Shown: piece by piece, positions 27,012-37,058 of the stretch
How positions within the stretch are numbered: position 1 is the first letter of the stretch
Layout of the letters: each line of letters begins with the position of its first letter
Origin: Alistipes sp.
GTDB lineage: Bacteria; Bacteroidota; Bacteroidia; Bacteroidales; Rikenellaceae
Length of the DNA stretch: 64,000 nt
NCBI GenBank assembly: GCA_022767745.1
Contig: JALENN010000008.1
Location: 33,538 to 97,537 of the forward strand
Reading direction: 5' to 3'
The notes under the pieces: generated by a model
Seen by the model: only the letters and a program-made list of their open reading frames with translations
Told to the model about the DNA's origin: nothing
Database searches by the model: none
Made by a program: the position numbers and the translations under genes

Positions 27012-29459
27012 TTAGGCCACGCGCAGCGTCAGGCTGCGGTTGTCGCTCAGGTCGACGGTGACGCTGCCGCCTGCACGGAGCTTGCCGTCGATGATAAGCG
27101 ACGCGATGGGATCCTCCACCTCGTCGAGCAGCGTGCGCCGCAGTGCCCGCGCCCCGTAACGTGTCTCGTATCCCATCTGTGCCAGCCGCTGGCGCGCCTC
27201 GGGGGTTATGGTCACGTCGTAGCCAAGGCGGCGGGTGCGCGAGAGCATACCCTCGAGCTGGAGGTCGACGATGCGCTCGACGTCGTCGATGGTGAGTGTG
27301 CGGAAATATATTATGTCGTCGATGCGGTTGAGGAACTCCGGTGCGAAGGTGCGCTCCAGAGCCTTGCGGTACTCGGCCTCGGGTGCGGCGGCTGCGCCGG
27401 TCTCCTTCGAAGTGGTGTTGTACCCGACGGGGTGCACGTTCTCCGTGGCGGCGCGCGAACCTACGTTCGAGGTCATTATTATCACCGTATTGCGGAAATC
27501 GACCGTGCGGCCCGTGCCGTCGGTGAGGTGTCCCTCGTCGAAAACCTGCAGCATGGTGCTGAAGACGTCGGGGTGCGCCTTCTCGATCTCGTCGAGCAGC
27601 ACGACCGACTAGGGCTGGCGTCGTACGGCCTCGGTTAGCTGTCCGCCCTCGCCGTAGCCTACATATCCCGGGGGCGAGCCTATGAGGCGCGCCACGTTGT
27701 GTTTCTCGCCGTACTCCGACATGTCGATGCGGATAAGCCCGCGGCGGCCGTCGAAGAGCCATTTTGACAACTCCTTTGCCAGCAGCGTTTTGCCCACGCC
27801 CGTGGGTCCCACGAAGAGGAATATCCCGATCGGGCGGTCGGCCTCCTTCAGGCCGGCACGTGAGCGGCGCAGCGATCGTGCGACACGCTCGACGGCATCG
27901 CTCTGGCCGATGACGCGCTCCTGCAGGTGTTCCGACAACGAGCGCAGACGCTCCGCCTCGCCGTTCGAGATGCTTGCGGCGGGAATGCCAGTCATGGTGG
28001 TTATCACCTGCTCGATCTCGGCAGCGCCGACTGTTGCCGGGCCGCTCTGCAGGTTGCGGCGCCATTGGGCGCGCTGCTCGTTGAGGCGCGTCTTGAGCGA
28101 GAGCTCGCGGCGCCGTGCCGATGAGGCCTTGTCGTAGGTGAGGGCCGACACCGCCTCGCGCCGCTCGCGCGCCGCCTCGCTTATCTGCCGTTCGGTCTCG
28201 CGTATGGATTCGGGTTTCTGTGCCGCGAGTATGCGCATGCGGGCCCCGGCCTCGTCCAGGGCGTCGATGGCCTTGTCGGGAAAGTTGCGGTCGGGGATAT
28301 ACCGCTCGGTCAGCGTGACGCAGGCGCGCAGGGCCTCTTCGGTGTAGCGGACGTTGTGGTAACGCTCGTAGTGCGGGGCTATGTTGTGCAGTATGTCGAG
28401 CGTCTGTGCGGCCGTGGGCGGCTCGATGACCACCTTCTGGAAACGGCGCTCGAGTGCCGCGTCGCTCTCGATGTTCTCGCGGAACTCGTCGAGCGTCGTC
28501 GCCCCAATCACCTGCAGTTCGCCGCGTGCCAGCGCCGGCTTGAGTATGTTGGCCGTGTCGAGGCTGCCCTGCGTGGCACCGGCCCCGACGATGGTGTGTA
28601 TCTCGTCGATGAAGACGATGGTGTCGTTGCGGCGGCGCAGGTCGTCGAGCAGTTGCTGCATGCGCTCCTCGAACTCGCCGCGGAACTTCGTGCCGGCCAC
28701 TATCGACGGCACGTCGAGCGAGTATATCGTCTTGTCGCGTATGGTGCAGGGAACGTCGCCTTCGGCTATGCGCAGCGCCAGCCCCTCGACGATGGCGCTC
28801 TTGCCAACGCCCGCTTCGCCAATGAGGATGGGGTTGTTCTTCTTGCGGCGCGAGAGTATCTGTATGATGCGGTCGATCTCGGCTTCGCGACCTACGACGG
28901 GGTCGATGCGTCCATCGCGTGCCTGCTGCGTAAGGTCGAGGCCGAAGCGTTCGATAGAGTTGTCCGCGGCGGGTTTGTCGGGGATGTCGCCGAGGTCGGC
29001 AAAGGGCACGTGTGCGGCCGACGGCTCGGCTGCCGGCATCGTAAGTTCGGCGATGGCCTCCTCTACGGAGTGTGCCCCGACGCCGTATAGCGCGGCCGTC
29101 TGCGAGGTCGCTGTCCTGCGGTCGCGCAATATGTCGAGCAGCGCATGTGCGGTCGTTATGTTGCGCGCGTGGCCGTATGTCGCAAGCAGGTGCTCGCGGT
29201 AGTTCATGTAGAAGGTCTCGGGCGGGAGCTCCTCGGCGCGGGGATGGCTCTTGGTCAGGGTCTCGATGCGCTGCGTCAGCAGGCGCAGCTCCCAGTTGCG
29301 CAGATGCGAGGCCAGCGCACGGTAACCCATCGAGACCTCCTCGCGTAGTATCTCCAGCGCGAGCCGGTCCTTGTATGACTGCCGCACGTCGTTGCGGGTA
29401 GTGTCGAACACGACGCGCGAGATCATGGCATCCAGGGTCTTCGATATCCTTATATCCAT
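27012..29459 (-). pseudogene. clpC: ClpC-type AAA+ ATPase interrupted by an in-frame TAG (27609-27611)
   Basis: [23 protein letters not shown], then RRQP*SVVLLDEIEKAHPDV in one frame; 815 codons if read through. Confidence 0.85.
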
Positions 29460-29616
29460 CGTATGTGTGTTTTGTTGTTTTTCGGCTTTATAACGGAAAA
29501 ACGTATTGCGATATTATGTTAAATGCGCAGCGAAAATATATCTCTTTAATCCTCAGTATGGTTATGATAGCAAAATTTTCCGTCCCGGGCGGCCTTGTGG
29601 CCAATACGGACAAAGA

Positions 29617-29654
29617 GAATCGCCTGATGTCCGATTTGGGACATCAGGCGATTC
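29617..29654 (-). terminator. perfect 16-bp hairpin after flavodoxin-family gene
   Basis: GAATCGCCTGATGTCC-gatttg-GGACATCAGGCGATTC; TCTTTGT follows on the minus strand. Confidence 0.7.
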
Positions 29655-29694
29655 GGGTCTCTGTCTGTCGCCGGAGCGGGGCGGCCGCTGCGTG

Positions 29695-30231
29695 TTATAC
29701 GGCGGCGCCGGCCTCGTATGCCTCGCGCATGGCGGGGGTTGATTTCACCTCGCCGGGCTGCCATACCCCGAGGCCGTAGATTATGCCTCGCTGGACTGGG
29801 TTGTCGAGGCAGTCGAGGAATCCCTTGAGCATGGCCACCGTGGGCTGCATCGACTCGACGTCGTTCTCGGCGGCCGTCATGATGAGGTAGAACTCCTTGT
29901 TCGACATCTCGGTGTAGCGGGCGCAGCAGCGGTCGATAAGCGTCTTCAGCTGTGCGCTCATTGCGTAGAAGTAGACGGGAGTGCCCAGCACGATGACATC
30001 GGCGTCGAGCATTGCGGCTATGATCTCGGCGGCATCGTCCTTCTGCGGGCATGGCTTGCCCGTGGTGCAGATGCTGCAGCCGACGCAGTAGTTTACGTGT
30101 TTGTCGCGCAGGAAGATCTTCTGCACGGTGTGTCCGGCCTCTGTGGCTCCCTGCATGAACTGGTCGCACAGCGTGTCGGAGTTGCCACCGCGGCGCGGCG
30201 ACGATGAGATGATCAGAACTTTCTTAGCCAT
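29695..30231 (-). CDS. flavodoxin-family / iron-sulfur flavoprotein
   Basis: SSPRRGGNS, CVGCSIC....C, GTPVYFY.MSAQLKTLIDR; TACCTTTG element at 30254-30261. Confidence 0.88.
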   Translation of the reverse strand: MAKKVLIISSSPRRGGNSDTLCDQFMQGATEAGHTVQKIFLRDKHVNYCVGCSICTTGKPCPQKDDAAEIIAAMLDADVIVLGTPVYFYAMSAQLKTLIDRCCARYTEMSNKEFYLIMTAAENDVESMQPTVAMLKGFLDCLDNPVQRGIIYGLGVWQPGEVKSTPAMREAYEAGAAV

Positions 30232-30338
30232 GATATGTATGTTTTTTACATTGCAAAGGTAGCGTATGCGTGCCGTTGCGGCGTACACCCGTTACGGATA
30301 TTTTTACCATTTTCATCTTTCGGCACCGCTTGCGGCAT

Positions 30339-32336
30339 CTATCGTTTGGGTACGACGAGCACCGCGTCGGCGTAGAGCGTGCCCGACACCTCGCCTCGGT
30401 TGTCGAACTCGACATATCCCGGCGTGTCGGCGCGGAGGTCATACTCGCCGAGGCTGATCCATTCGCCCGCCGTCTGGCCGTGGATGGTGATGGCGTCGTA
30501 GTCGAGAGTCATGCGTTTGGCCGTATTGCCGTCGCTGACGGTGAGCTGCGAGAGCTTCGACATGCCGCCGCGCTTGCTGTAGTAGGTGTAGACGGTATAA
30601 CGTCCGTCGCGCTTGACGCTGAAGGGATAGCGCAGGGCCTCGGGGCGCGACGTCGGGTCGAGCCTGTAGAGCGAGGGGCCGTATCCGCCGTAGATGTTCA
30701 CGCGCTGCCATGCCGACCCTGCGGCCGGTTCGACGGCCGTGTCGTCGACCATTATGTCGGGGGCCGTGCCGTCGAGCAGCGGGTCTTCATCATACATGCG
30801 CTGTATCTGCCGCACGTCGACTTCCTGCACGTCCGTGCCGCCGTCGATGGCAAGGCATGCGGCCTTGGCGGCGCTCTGCCCCAGAACCATGAAGACGGGC
30901 TCCATGCGTATCGAGCCGTAGGCTATGTGGCTGGCCGAAAGGCACACCGGTACCAGCAGGTTGGTGCACTCCTCGCGCTTGGGCGTGATCGAGCGGTAGG
31001 ATACGGGGTAGGGCGATCCGATGCCGATCTGCACGTCGCCCTCGTTCTTGACCATGGTCTTGCCCTCCTTGCGGACGACGATGCGCTGGCAGTTGTGCGA
31101 GTCCATCGTATAGGCGGCCATGCCCACGCCGTCGTCGACCGTGGTGCGGTTCTCGCAGTCGTCCTGTGTGGCGACATATTCGCCCACCATGCGGCGGCTC
31201 TCGCGTACATAGAGCTGCGGCGTCCAGTGGCCGCTGTCGGTGTATTCGTCCTTGGGCAGTCCCCAGCGCAGCATTTCGGTGCGCATCTTCTCGGGCACGC
31301 GTGCGTCGTGGCCGAGGAAGTAGAGCAGTCCAAGCGTATAGCTCAGGTGGGCGTCGAAGATTCTCTCGCGCTCGCGGTACGATGCCTCGGGGTAGCTGTG
31401 GTTCATGCCGATCATGTCGGTCGAGAAGCCGCCGTTGTTGTTGATGTCGGTCTTGCGGTTGGGCATGGGGCTGAAGTGCATGTAGGCGCCGAGGTTGTGG
31501 TTGCCGCTGACGTTGATGAGGCGCAGCAGCAGTTCGTAGCGCGTCGAATCGTAGTCGGCGGGACGCTCGATGGGGAGACTGTTCTCGGGGACGTCGGTAA
31601 GGCAGATGCGGAAATTGTAGGCCTGCACCTTGTCGTCGCCGCTGCCTTCGGCCGCGAGCGTACCGTCGGATATGCCCCACAGCAGTCCGCTCGTGCTGTC
31701 ACCCTCGATGACGTAGGGGTCAACGCCGTCGGGGAACTGGTGCGTGGGGCGCATGTGTACGCCGTTCCATGTCTCGCTGTAGGTGGCGTTGTCCTCGCGC
31801 CCGACGACATACGATACGCCGGCACGCGCCATCAGGTCGCCCTCGTACGAGCAGTCGATGTACTGCTTGGCGCGCACGACGGTGCGGCCGAAATATTTGG
31901 AGGTGTTCTGCAGGCGTATCGACTCGATGCGCCGGCCCTGCTTGTCGGCGCGCACTATGCGGTGGCCGTAGAGCATGTCGATGCCTCCGCGCTCGATGTA
32001 GTCGTTGAAGATGTCGAGTGCGACGCTCGGCTCGAAGATCCACTTCTCGAGTTCGCCGTAGTGCTGGCCCACGCGGCGGTAGAAGTCCAGCGAGAGGCCC
32101 TCGACGGCCTGTTTGTTGCCGATGTCGGTCTGTCCGAGTCCGCCCGACGAGAGCCCGCCGGCGCGGTATCCGGGTTCCACCACGACGACCGTCTTGCCCT
32201 GCATGGCGGCCGAGTAGGCGGCGATGACGCCGGCCGACGAGCCGCCGTAGACGCAGATGTCGTATTCGAGGGTGCGTGTGCAGCCGCCTGCAGCAAGCAG
32301 GGGCGCGAGTGTCAGAAGAAGTATGATTTTTCTCAT
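30339..32336 (-). CDS. FAD-dependent oxidoreductase lipoprotein with C-terminal golvesin/CBM-like domain
   Basis: Lipobox-like AAGG-C; YGGSSAG, IDCSYEGDLMA, YVRESRRM, YGSIRMEP; beta-rich C-terminus ending ADAVLVV. Confidence 0.8.
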   Translation of the reverse strand: MRKIILLLTLAPLLAAGGCTRTLEYDICVYGGSSAGVIAAYSAAMQGKTVVVVEPGYRAGGLSSGGLGQTDIGNKQAVEGLSLDFYRRVGQHYGELEKWIFEPSVALDIFNDYIERGGIDMLYGHRIVRADKQGRRIESIRLQNTSKYFGRTVVRAKQYIDCSYEGDLMARAGVSYVVGREDNATYSETWNGVHMRPTHQFPDGVDPYVIEGDSTSGLLWGISDGTLAAEGSGDDKVQAYNFRICLTDVPENSLPIERPADYDSTRYELLLRLINVSGNHNLGAYMHFSPMPNRKTDINNNGGFSTDMIGMNHSYPEASYRERERIFDAHLSYTLGLLYFLGHDARVPEKMRTEMLRWGLPKDEYTDSGHWTPQLYVRESRRMVGEYVATQDDCENRTTVDDGVGMAAYTMDSHNCQRIVVRKEGKTMVKNEGDVQIGIGSPYPVSYRSITPKREECTNLLVPVCLSASHIAYGSIRMEPVFMVLGQSAAKAACLAIDGGTDVQEVDVRQIQRMYDEDPLLDGTAPDIMVDDTAVEPAAGSAWQRVNIYGGYGPSLYRLDPTSRPEALRYPFSVKRDGRYTVYTYYSKRGGMSKLSQLTVSDGNTAKRMTLDYDAITIHGQTAGEWISLGEYDLRADTPGYVEFDNRGEVSGTLYADAVLVVPKR

Positions 32337-32531
32337 AAGGATAGTGGTTTGTACAAATTTACTGAAAAAATTTCGCTTTCGGGCAACGTCGCGGCGCGCG
32401 GTGCGAATAAAAATGACTGCTGCCGGTGCGATTTTGCCGCCCCGGAAATAATGCGTATCTTTGCCTTCACACGGCGGCGGTTGCAACGGCGGCAGGCCGC
32501 GGCCCGCCGCTGTTGCCGAAAACATTTGGAT

Positions 32532-33812
32532 ATGAACACTATGCCATTGGCCGAGCGGCTTCGTCCGCGGACCATCGAAGAGTATATCGGGCAGACGCAC
32601 CTTGTGGGGCCCGACGGCGTTTTCCGCAAGTTCCTCGAGACGGGGAACGTGCCGTCGTTCATACTGTGGGGGCCTCCGGGCGTGGGCAAGACCACGCTGG
32701 CCAAGCTGGTGGCCAACCATCTGAAGCGGCCTTTCTACACGCTCTCGGCCGTGACGTCGGGCGTGAAGGAGGTGCGCGAGGTGATAGAGTCGGCGCGCAA
32801 ACAGAGCCTATTCAACCAGAAGGCGGCGTTCCTGTTCATCGACGAGATCCACCGTTTCAACAAGAGTCAGCAGGACTCGCTACTGGGGGCGGTCGAGCAG
32901 GGTATAGTGACGCTTATCGGCGCCACGACCGAGAACCCGTCGTTTGAGGTCATATCGCCTCTGCTGAGCCGCTGTCAGGTATATATCCTCAAGCCGATGA
33001 CCGACGAGGAGTTGTCGACGCTGCTCAACCGGGCCATCACCGTCGACGAGGAGCTCCGCAGCCGCAATGTCAAGGTGACCGAGACCGAGGCGCTGTTCCG
33101 CTTCGCTGGAGGCGACGCGCGCAAGCTGCTCAACATACTCGACATCGTGGCGGGCGCCACGTCGGGCGACATTGAGATCACCGACAGCTACGTCACCTCG
33201 TGCCTGCAGCAGAACATCGCCCTCTACGACAAGAACGGCGAGCAGCACTACGACGTCATTTCGGCCTTCATAAAATCGGTGCGCGGCAGCGACCCCAATG
33301 CGGCGATATACTATCTGGCGCGTATGCTGGCCGGGGGCGAGGAGCCTCGGTTCATAGCGCGGCGTCTGGTTATACTCGCGTCGGAGGATGTGGGCTTGGC
33401 CAACCCCAACGCCCTGCTGCTGGCCAACGCCTGTTTCGACACGGTGCACAAGATCGGTATGCCAGAGGCGCGCATCACGCTGGCCGAGACAACCATATAC
33501 CTTGCAACGAGCCCCAAGAGCAACTCGGCCTATATGGCCATAAACGAGGCTCTGGCGTTCGTCTCGCACGACACGACAAACCGTCCCGTGCCGCTGCACC
33601 TGCGTAATGCTCCCACCAAGCTGATGGACGAGGCGGGCTACGGCAAGGGATACAAGTACGCCCACGACTTTGCGGGGAACTTCGTCGAGCAGGAGTTCCT
33701 GCCCGACTCCATCGCCGGAAAACAGTTCTACCGTCCCAACACGCAGAACGCATCGGAGGCGAAGATCGCCGAGCGTATCCGCACGCTGTGGGGCGACAAA
33801 TATTCGAAATAG
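32532..33812 (+). CDS. rarA: replication-associated recombination protein A
   Basis: PLAERLRP, WGPPGVGKTT, FIDEIHRFNKSQQD, SAFIKSVRGSDP, ASEDVGLA, YKYAHD. Confidence 0.96.
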   Translation: MNTMPLAERLRPRTIEEYIGQTHLVGPDGVFRKFLETGNVPSFILWGPPGVGKTTLAKLVANHLKRPFYTLSAVTSGVKEVREVIESARKQSLFNQKAAFLFIDEIHRFNKSQQDSLLGAVEQGIVTLIGATTENPSFEVISPLLSRCQVYILKPMTDEELSTLLNRAITVDEELRSRNVKVTETEALFRFAGGDARKLLNILDIVAGATSGDIEITDSYVTSCLQQNIALYDKNGEQHYDVISAFIKSVRGSDPNAAIYYLARMLAGGEEPRFIARRLVILASEDVGLANPNALLLANACFDTVHKIGMPEARITLAETTIYLATSPKSNSAYMAINEALAFVSHDTTNRPVPLHLRNAPTKLMDEAGYGKGYKYAHDFAGNFVEQEFLPDSIAGKQFYRPNTQNASEAKIAERIRTLWGDKYSK

Positions 33813-33879
33813 CCCCGGCCGCAGCGGTGCGGCGCGGGATGTTTCGCCCGATTTACCACGAAAATCTAATTGAAACGTT

Positions 33880-34821
33880 ATGAAAAGGACACTTTTATTG
33901 ATCGTATCGCTGCTGGCCGCGCTGCATGCCGTGGCCGCCACGGCCGCGAAGCAGACGCTGCTCTATGCCGTCAAGGATGCCGACTCGCTCTTTCTGGACC
34001 ACTATGTGGCCGATGTCGAGGGGCGGCGTCCCTGCATGATCTTCGTCTTCGGCGGAGGCTTTGCGGGCGGCGTGCGCGACAACAAACAGTATATTCCCTA
34101 CTTCGAGTTCCTGAACGACAACGGCTACGACGTGGTGTCGATAGACTACCGCCTGGGGCTTAAGGACGTCAAGGGCGCTACCGACATGTCGGTGCGCGAG
34201 ATGGTGACGCTCTTCAACCGTGCGGTGACGATGGCCGTCGAGGACCTCTTCAGCGCCACGCGCTTCGTGCTCGACAAGGCCGACGAGTGGAATGTCGACC
34301 CCGACATGATCGTATCGTGCGGTTCGTCGGCAGGTGCGATCACCGTGCTGCAGGCCGAGTACGCGCTCTGCAACCGCACCGAGGAGGCGGCCGTCATGCC
34401 CGAAACGTTCGACTACGCCGGCGTTGTGTCGTTTGCCGGGGCGGTATTCTCGGTTGACGGTGCGCCTGAGTGGGCTCGCAAGCCCGCGCCCGTGATGATG
34501 TTCCACGGCAGCGCCGACAACCAGGTGCCCTTCGAGAAGGCTTCGGTCTTCGGCGTGGGATTCTTCGGCTCGAAGTTCCTTGTCAAGCAGTTCGACAAGC
34601 AGGGCTGGCCCTACTGGTTCTATACGGTGGACTATCAGGACCACTCGATGGCCGTATCGCCCATGCGCGACAAGCATTACGAGATACTCGCCTTCCTCGA
34701 GCAGATGGTGCGCGACGGTCGCCCGATGCAGGCCACGACGGCGGTGCGCAGCGACGACTTTCCTCGCTGCAAGACCAAATTCAAGGTTATGGACTACGTG
34801 CGCGCCAACTACGCCGAGTGA
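33880..34821 (+). CDS. secreted alpha/beta hydrolase (carboxylesterase-like)
   Basis: Signal peptide, FGGGF oxyanion motif, SIDYRLG, GSSAG nucleophile, FHGSADNQVP. Confidence 0.85.
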   Translation: MKRTLLLIVSLLAALHAVAATAAKQTLLYAVKDADSLFLDHYVADVEGRRPCMIFVFGGGFAGGVRDNKQYIPYFEFLNDNGYDVVSIDYRLGLKDVKGATDMSVREMVTLFNRAVTMAVEDLFSATRFVLDKADEWNVDPDMIVSCGSSAGAITVLQAEYALCNRTEEAAVMPETFDYAGVVSFAGAVFSVDGAPEWARKPAPVMMFHGSADNQVPFEKASVFGVGFFGSKFLVKQFDKQGWPYWFYTVDYQDHSMAVSPMRDKHYEILAFLEQMVRDGRPMQATTAVRSDDFPRCKTKFKVMDYVRANYAE

Positions 34822-34851
34822 CGGGGCGTATGGCGGCTTAAATCTTGATTT

Positions 34852-35349
34852 ATGAAACGCATAGGCGTAATTTCGGATACTCACGGCACCTTCGACGACG
34901 TGTTGAAACACTTCCTCGACGGTGTCGACGAGATATGGCATGCGGGTGACTTCGGCTCGATGGAGACGGCTGACGCCATTGCGGCATTCAAGCCCCTGCG
35001 CGGGGTCTACGGCAATGTCGACGGCGGCCTGATGCGCCGTGTCTACCACAGCTCGGCCTTCTTCGAGTGTGAGCGGAAACGCGTGTTGATGACCCACATC
35101 GGAGGCTATCCGCGCCACTATTCGCCCGCTGCGCTGCAGCTGCTGCACGGCGCACGGCCCGATGTGTTCGTGGCGGGGCACTCGCACATACTCAAGGTGA
35201 TGTTCGATCCCGTATACCAGCTCCTCTATATCAATCCGGGCGCGGCGGGGGAGTACGGCTTCCACAAGGTGCGCACGGCGGTGCGGTTTACCATCGACGG
35301 CGACCAGATGCGCGACATGGAGATAGGCGAGTGGCCGCGGCGCGGGTAG
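34852..35349 (+). CDS. metallophosphoesterase (YfcE/MJ0936 family)
   Basis: ISDTHG, HAGD, GNVD, THIG, GHSH, NPG. Confidence 0.9.
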   Translation: MKRIGVISDTHGTFDDVLKHFLDGVDEIWHAGDFGSMETADAIAAFKPLRGVYGNVDGGLMRRVYHSSAFFECERKRVLMTHIGGYPRHYSPAALQLLHGARPDVFVAGHSHILKVMFDPVYQLLYINPGAAGEYGFHKVRTAVRFTIDGDQMRDMEIGEWPRRG

Positions 35350-35383
35350 GCGCTCATTGGCCGAAGCTGCGGCCGGCAGGTAT

Positions 35384-35431
35384 AAAAAAACGGGTGCGAC
35401 TCTAATGAAAAGAGTCGCACCCGTTCGTTTT
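35384..35431. terminator. bidirectional terminator
   Basis: AACGGGTGCGACTCT-7nt-AGAGTCGCACCCGTT with A-run and T-run flanks. Confidence 0.85.
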
Positions 35432-35444
35432 CGGTCGCTTCGGG

Positions 35445-37052
35445 CTATTTTACGATCAGCTCGCTGTATGCGCGGTCGGCAAGTGCCGTGAAGAGTGCGC
35501 GTACCGACTTCCATTCGGCAGGCGTAACGATTGTTTTGTTGATGCTGACGTTGCGCGTGACGGTGGCCTTGCTGCCGTCGACTTCGATGCGGAGCGTTAC
35601 CTCGCCGACCGGGTTGGCGATCTTCAGTTCGCGGCTCGGAGTAAGGATGCGGCCGTCGGTCTCGACGGTGAACGAGACTTCGTCGTTGCATACATACGGC
35701 ATCTCGGCATACTGGCTGCGCTCGGTGCCGAGGCGCGACATTCCCCACGACTCGGCAAACCCTACGGCGGGCAGCTGCACGAGGCGGTATCCCGAATTGT
35801 CGGCCACGGTTACGGCGGGCGTTGTCTGCTGCTGTTTCGATACGCCGCTGCGGTCGGTCACAACGTCGGCTGTTGCTGAGGCCTCGGCACCCTTCACCGT
35901 GATCTTAACATCGGCCTTGCAGCTGTTGCTGCAGGGGGCGAAGTCGATCTTCTCGCCGCTTGAGATCGAGTAGACCTCGTCGCGGTCGCTGCGCAGCTGC
36001 AGGTCGAGTGTCGTGCCTGCGGCCGAGTAGTATTCGGTGTGTCCGTCGTTCTGTACGCGCACGGCAAAGCGCTTGATGTCGCGCAGCATCTTGACGGCGT
36101 GGTAGGCGGGATATACCGCCACCATCTCGGCCTCGATACCCTCGGCCGAGAGCGAACGCGCCAGCAGCTTGCACTTCTCGAGTTCGGTGCCGTAGGCCGA
36201 GGCGAGAACCTCGGCGGCGGGGCGGGTGCGGTAGCCGGCCATGTAGGGGGTGACGTTGCTCGATGCCATATTCGATCCCATGTATGAGGCATAGGCGGCT
36301 ATGGTCTCGGCTTTGGAGTCGCGTGCCAGGCCCGGAATCTTGACGATGTCGCGCTCGGCGCGGGCAAGGCGGCGCAGGGCGTCGGCCGTCGACGGGAATG
36401 TCGTGGCGCAGAGCACGGGGCGGCCTTCGCCGTTCTGCGGCGTGTAGCCCTCGTCGTAGAATGCGGGCAGATTGCGGAACTGCCACGTGTAGGTGTCGCC
36501 CGAGCGGCGGGGCTTCATGGCCGGGTCGTAACGCAGCTCGGTGCCTGCGGGTACGGTGATCTCTATGCGGCGATCCTTGACTGATGCAGCTGATTCGGTA
36601 AGTACCTCACACACCTCCAGCGCGGGGTAGAAACCGGCCTTTGTGGTGAGCGTGTAGTCGAGGTGTATCGTTGCGCCGATCTCCAGTCCGGTGTGTGTTA
36701 TGACGGCCTCCAGCAGGCGGTTGTATGCCGGGGCGTTGGCTGCGGCGTGGGGCAGCGACTCGTTGATGGCGTTGTCGGGCAGTTCGATGACGGTGCCGTC
36801 GGCCTGCGTGGTGTAGGCTTCGTTGACGGTGAGCGTCTGGAACTCGGGATCGTACACCACGAACGTCTCGCCGAAAAGGTCGTTGAACGAGGCATGGGTT
36901 TCGAGCCTGAGGTCCATCACACGGCGGTACTGCTGCGAACCGTCGGCCGCAAGCGTGTAGCTGGTGTGTAGTTTTTCGTATGTGGCCTCGTCGCCGGCGT
37001 ATACCGCCGTGAAGGCCAGAAGGCACAGTATGGTTGTTATGTATCGTTTCAT
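35445..37052 (-). CDS. DUF3857 domain protein, transglutaminase-like domain lacking catalytic residues
   Basis: Signal peptide; ANAPAYNRLLEAVITHTGLEIGA; YGTELEK in place of G.C.DK. Confidence 0.8.
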   Translation of the reverse strand: MKRYITTILCLLAFTAVYAGDEATYEKLHTSYTLAADGSQQYRRVMDLRLETHASFNDLFGETFVVYDPEFQTLTVNEAYTTQADGTVIELPDNAINESLPHAAANAPAYNRLLEAVITHTGLEIGATIHLDYTLTTKAGFYPALEVCEVLTESAASVKDRRIEITVPAGTELRYDPAMKPRRSGDTYTWQFRNLPAFYDEGYTPQNGEGRPVLCATTFPSTADALRRLARAERDIVKIPGLARDSKAETIAAYASYMGSNMASSNVTPYMAGYRTRPAAEVLASAYGTELEKCKLLARSLSAEGIEAEMVAVYPAYHAVKMLRDIKRFAVRVQNDGHTEYYSAAGTTLDLQLRSDRDEVYSISSGEKIDFAPCSNSCKADVKITVKGAEASATADVVTDRSGVSKQQQTTPAVTVADNSGYRLVQLPAVGFAESWGMSRLGTERSQYAEMPYVCNDEVSFTVETDGRILTPSRELKIANPVGEVTLRIEVDGSKATVTRNVSINKTIVTPAEWKSVRALFTALADRAYSELIVK

Positions 37053-37058
37053 CTTACA

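Noticed and set aside
27609-27611. Genome-wide amber recoding or pyrrolysine
   Set aside because: TAG terminates rplM, mmdB, sufB and others normally; no pyl genes or suppressor tRNA in the window
30270-32531. 1180-aa ORF appearing to fuse a long N-terminus to RarA
   Set aside because: The upstream part is the antisense shadow of the FAD oxidoreductase; a promoter element at 32456-32463 and ATG 32532 define RarA
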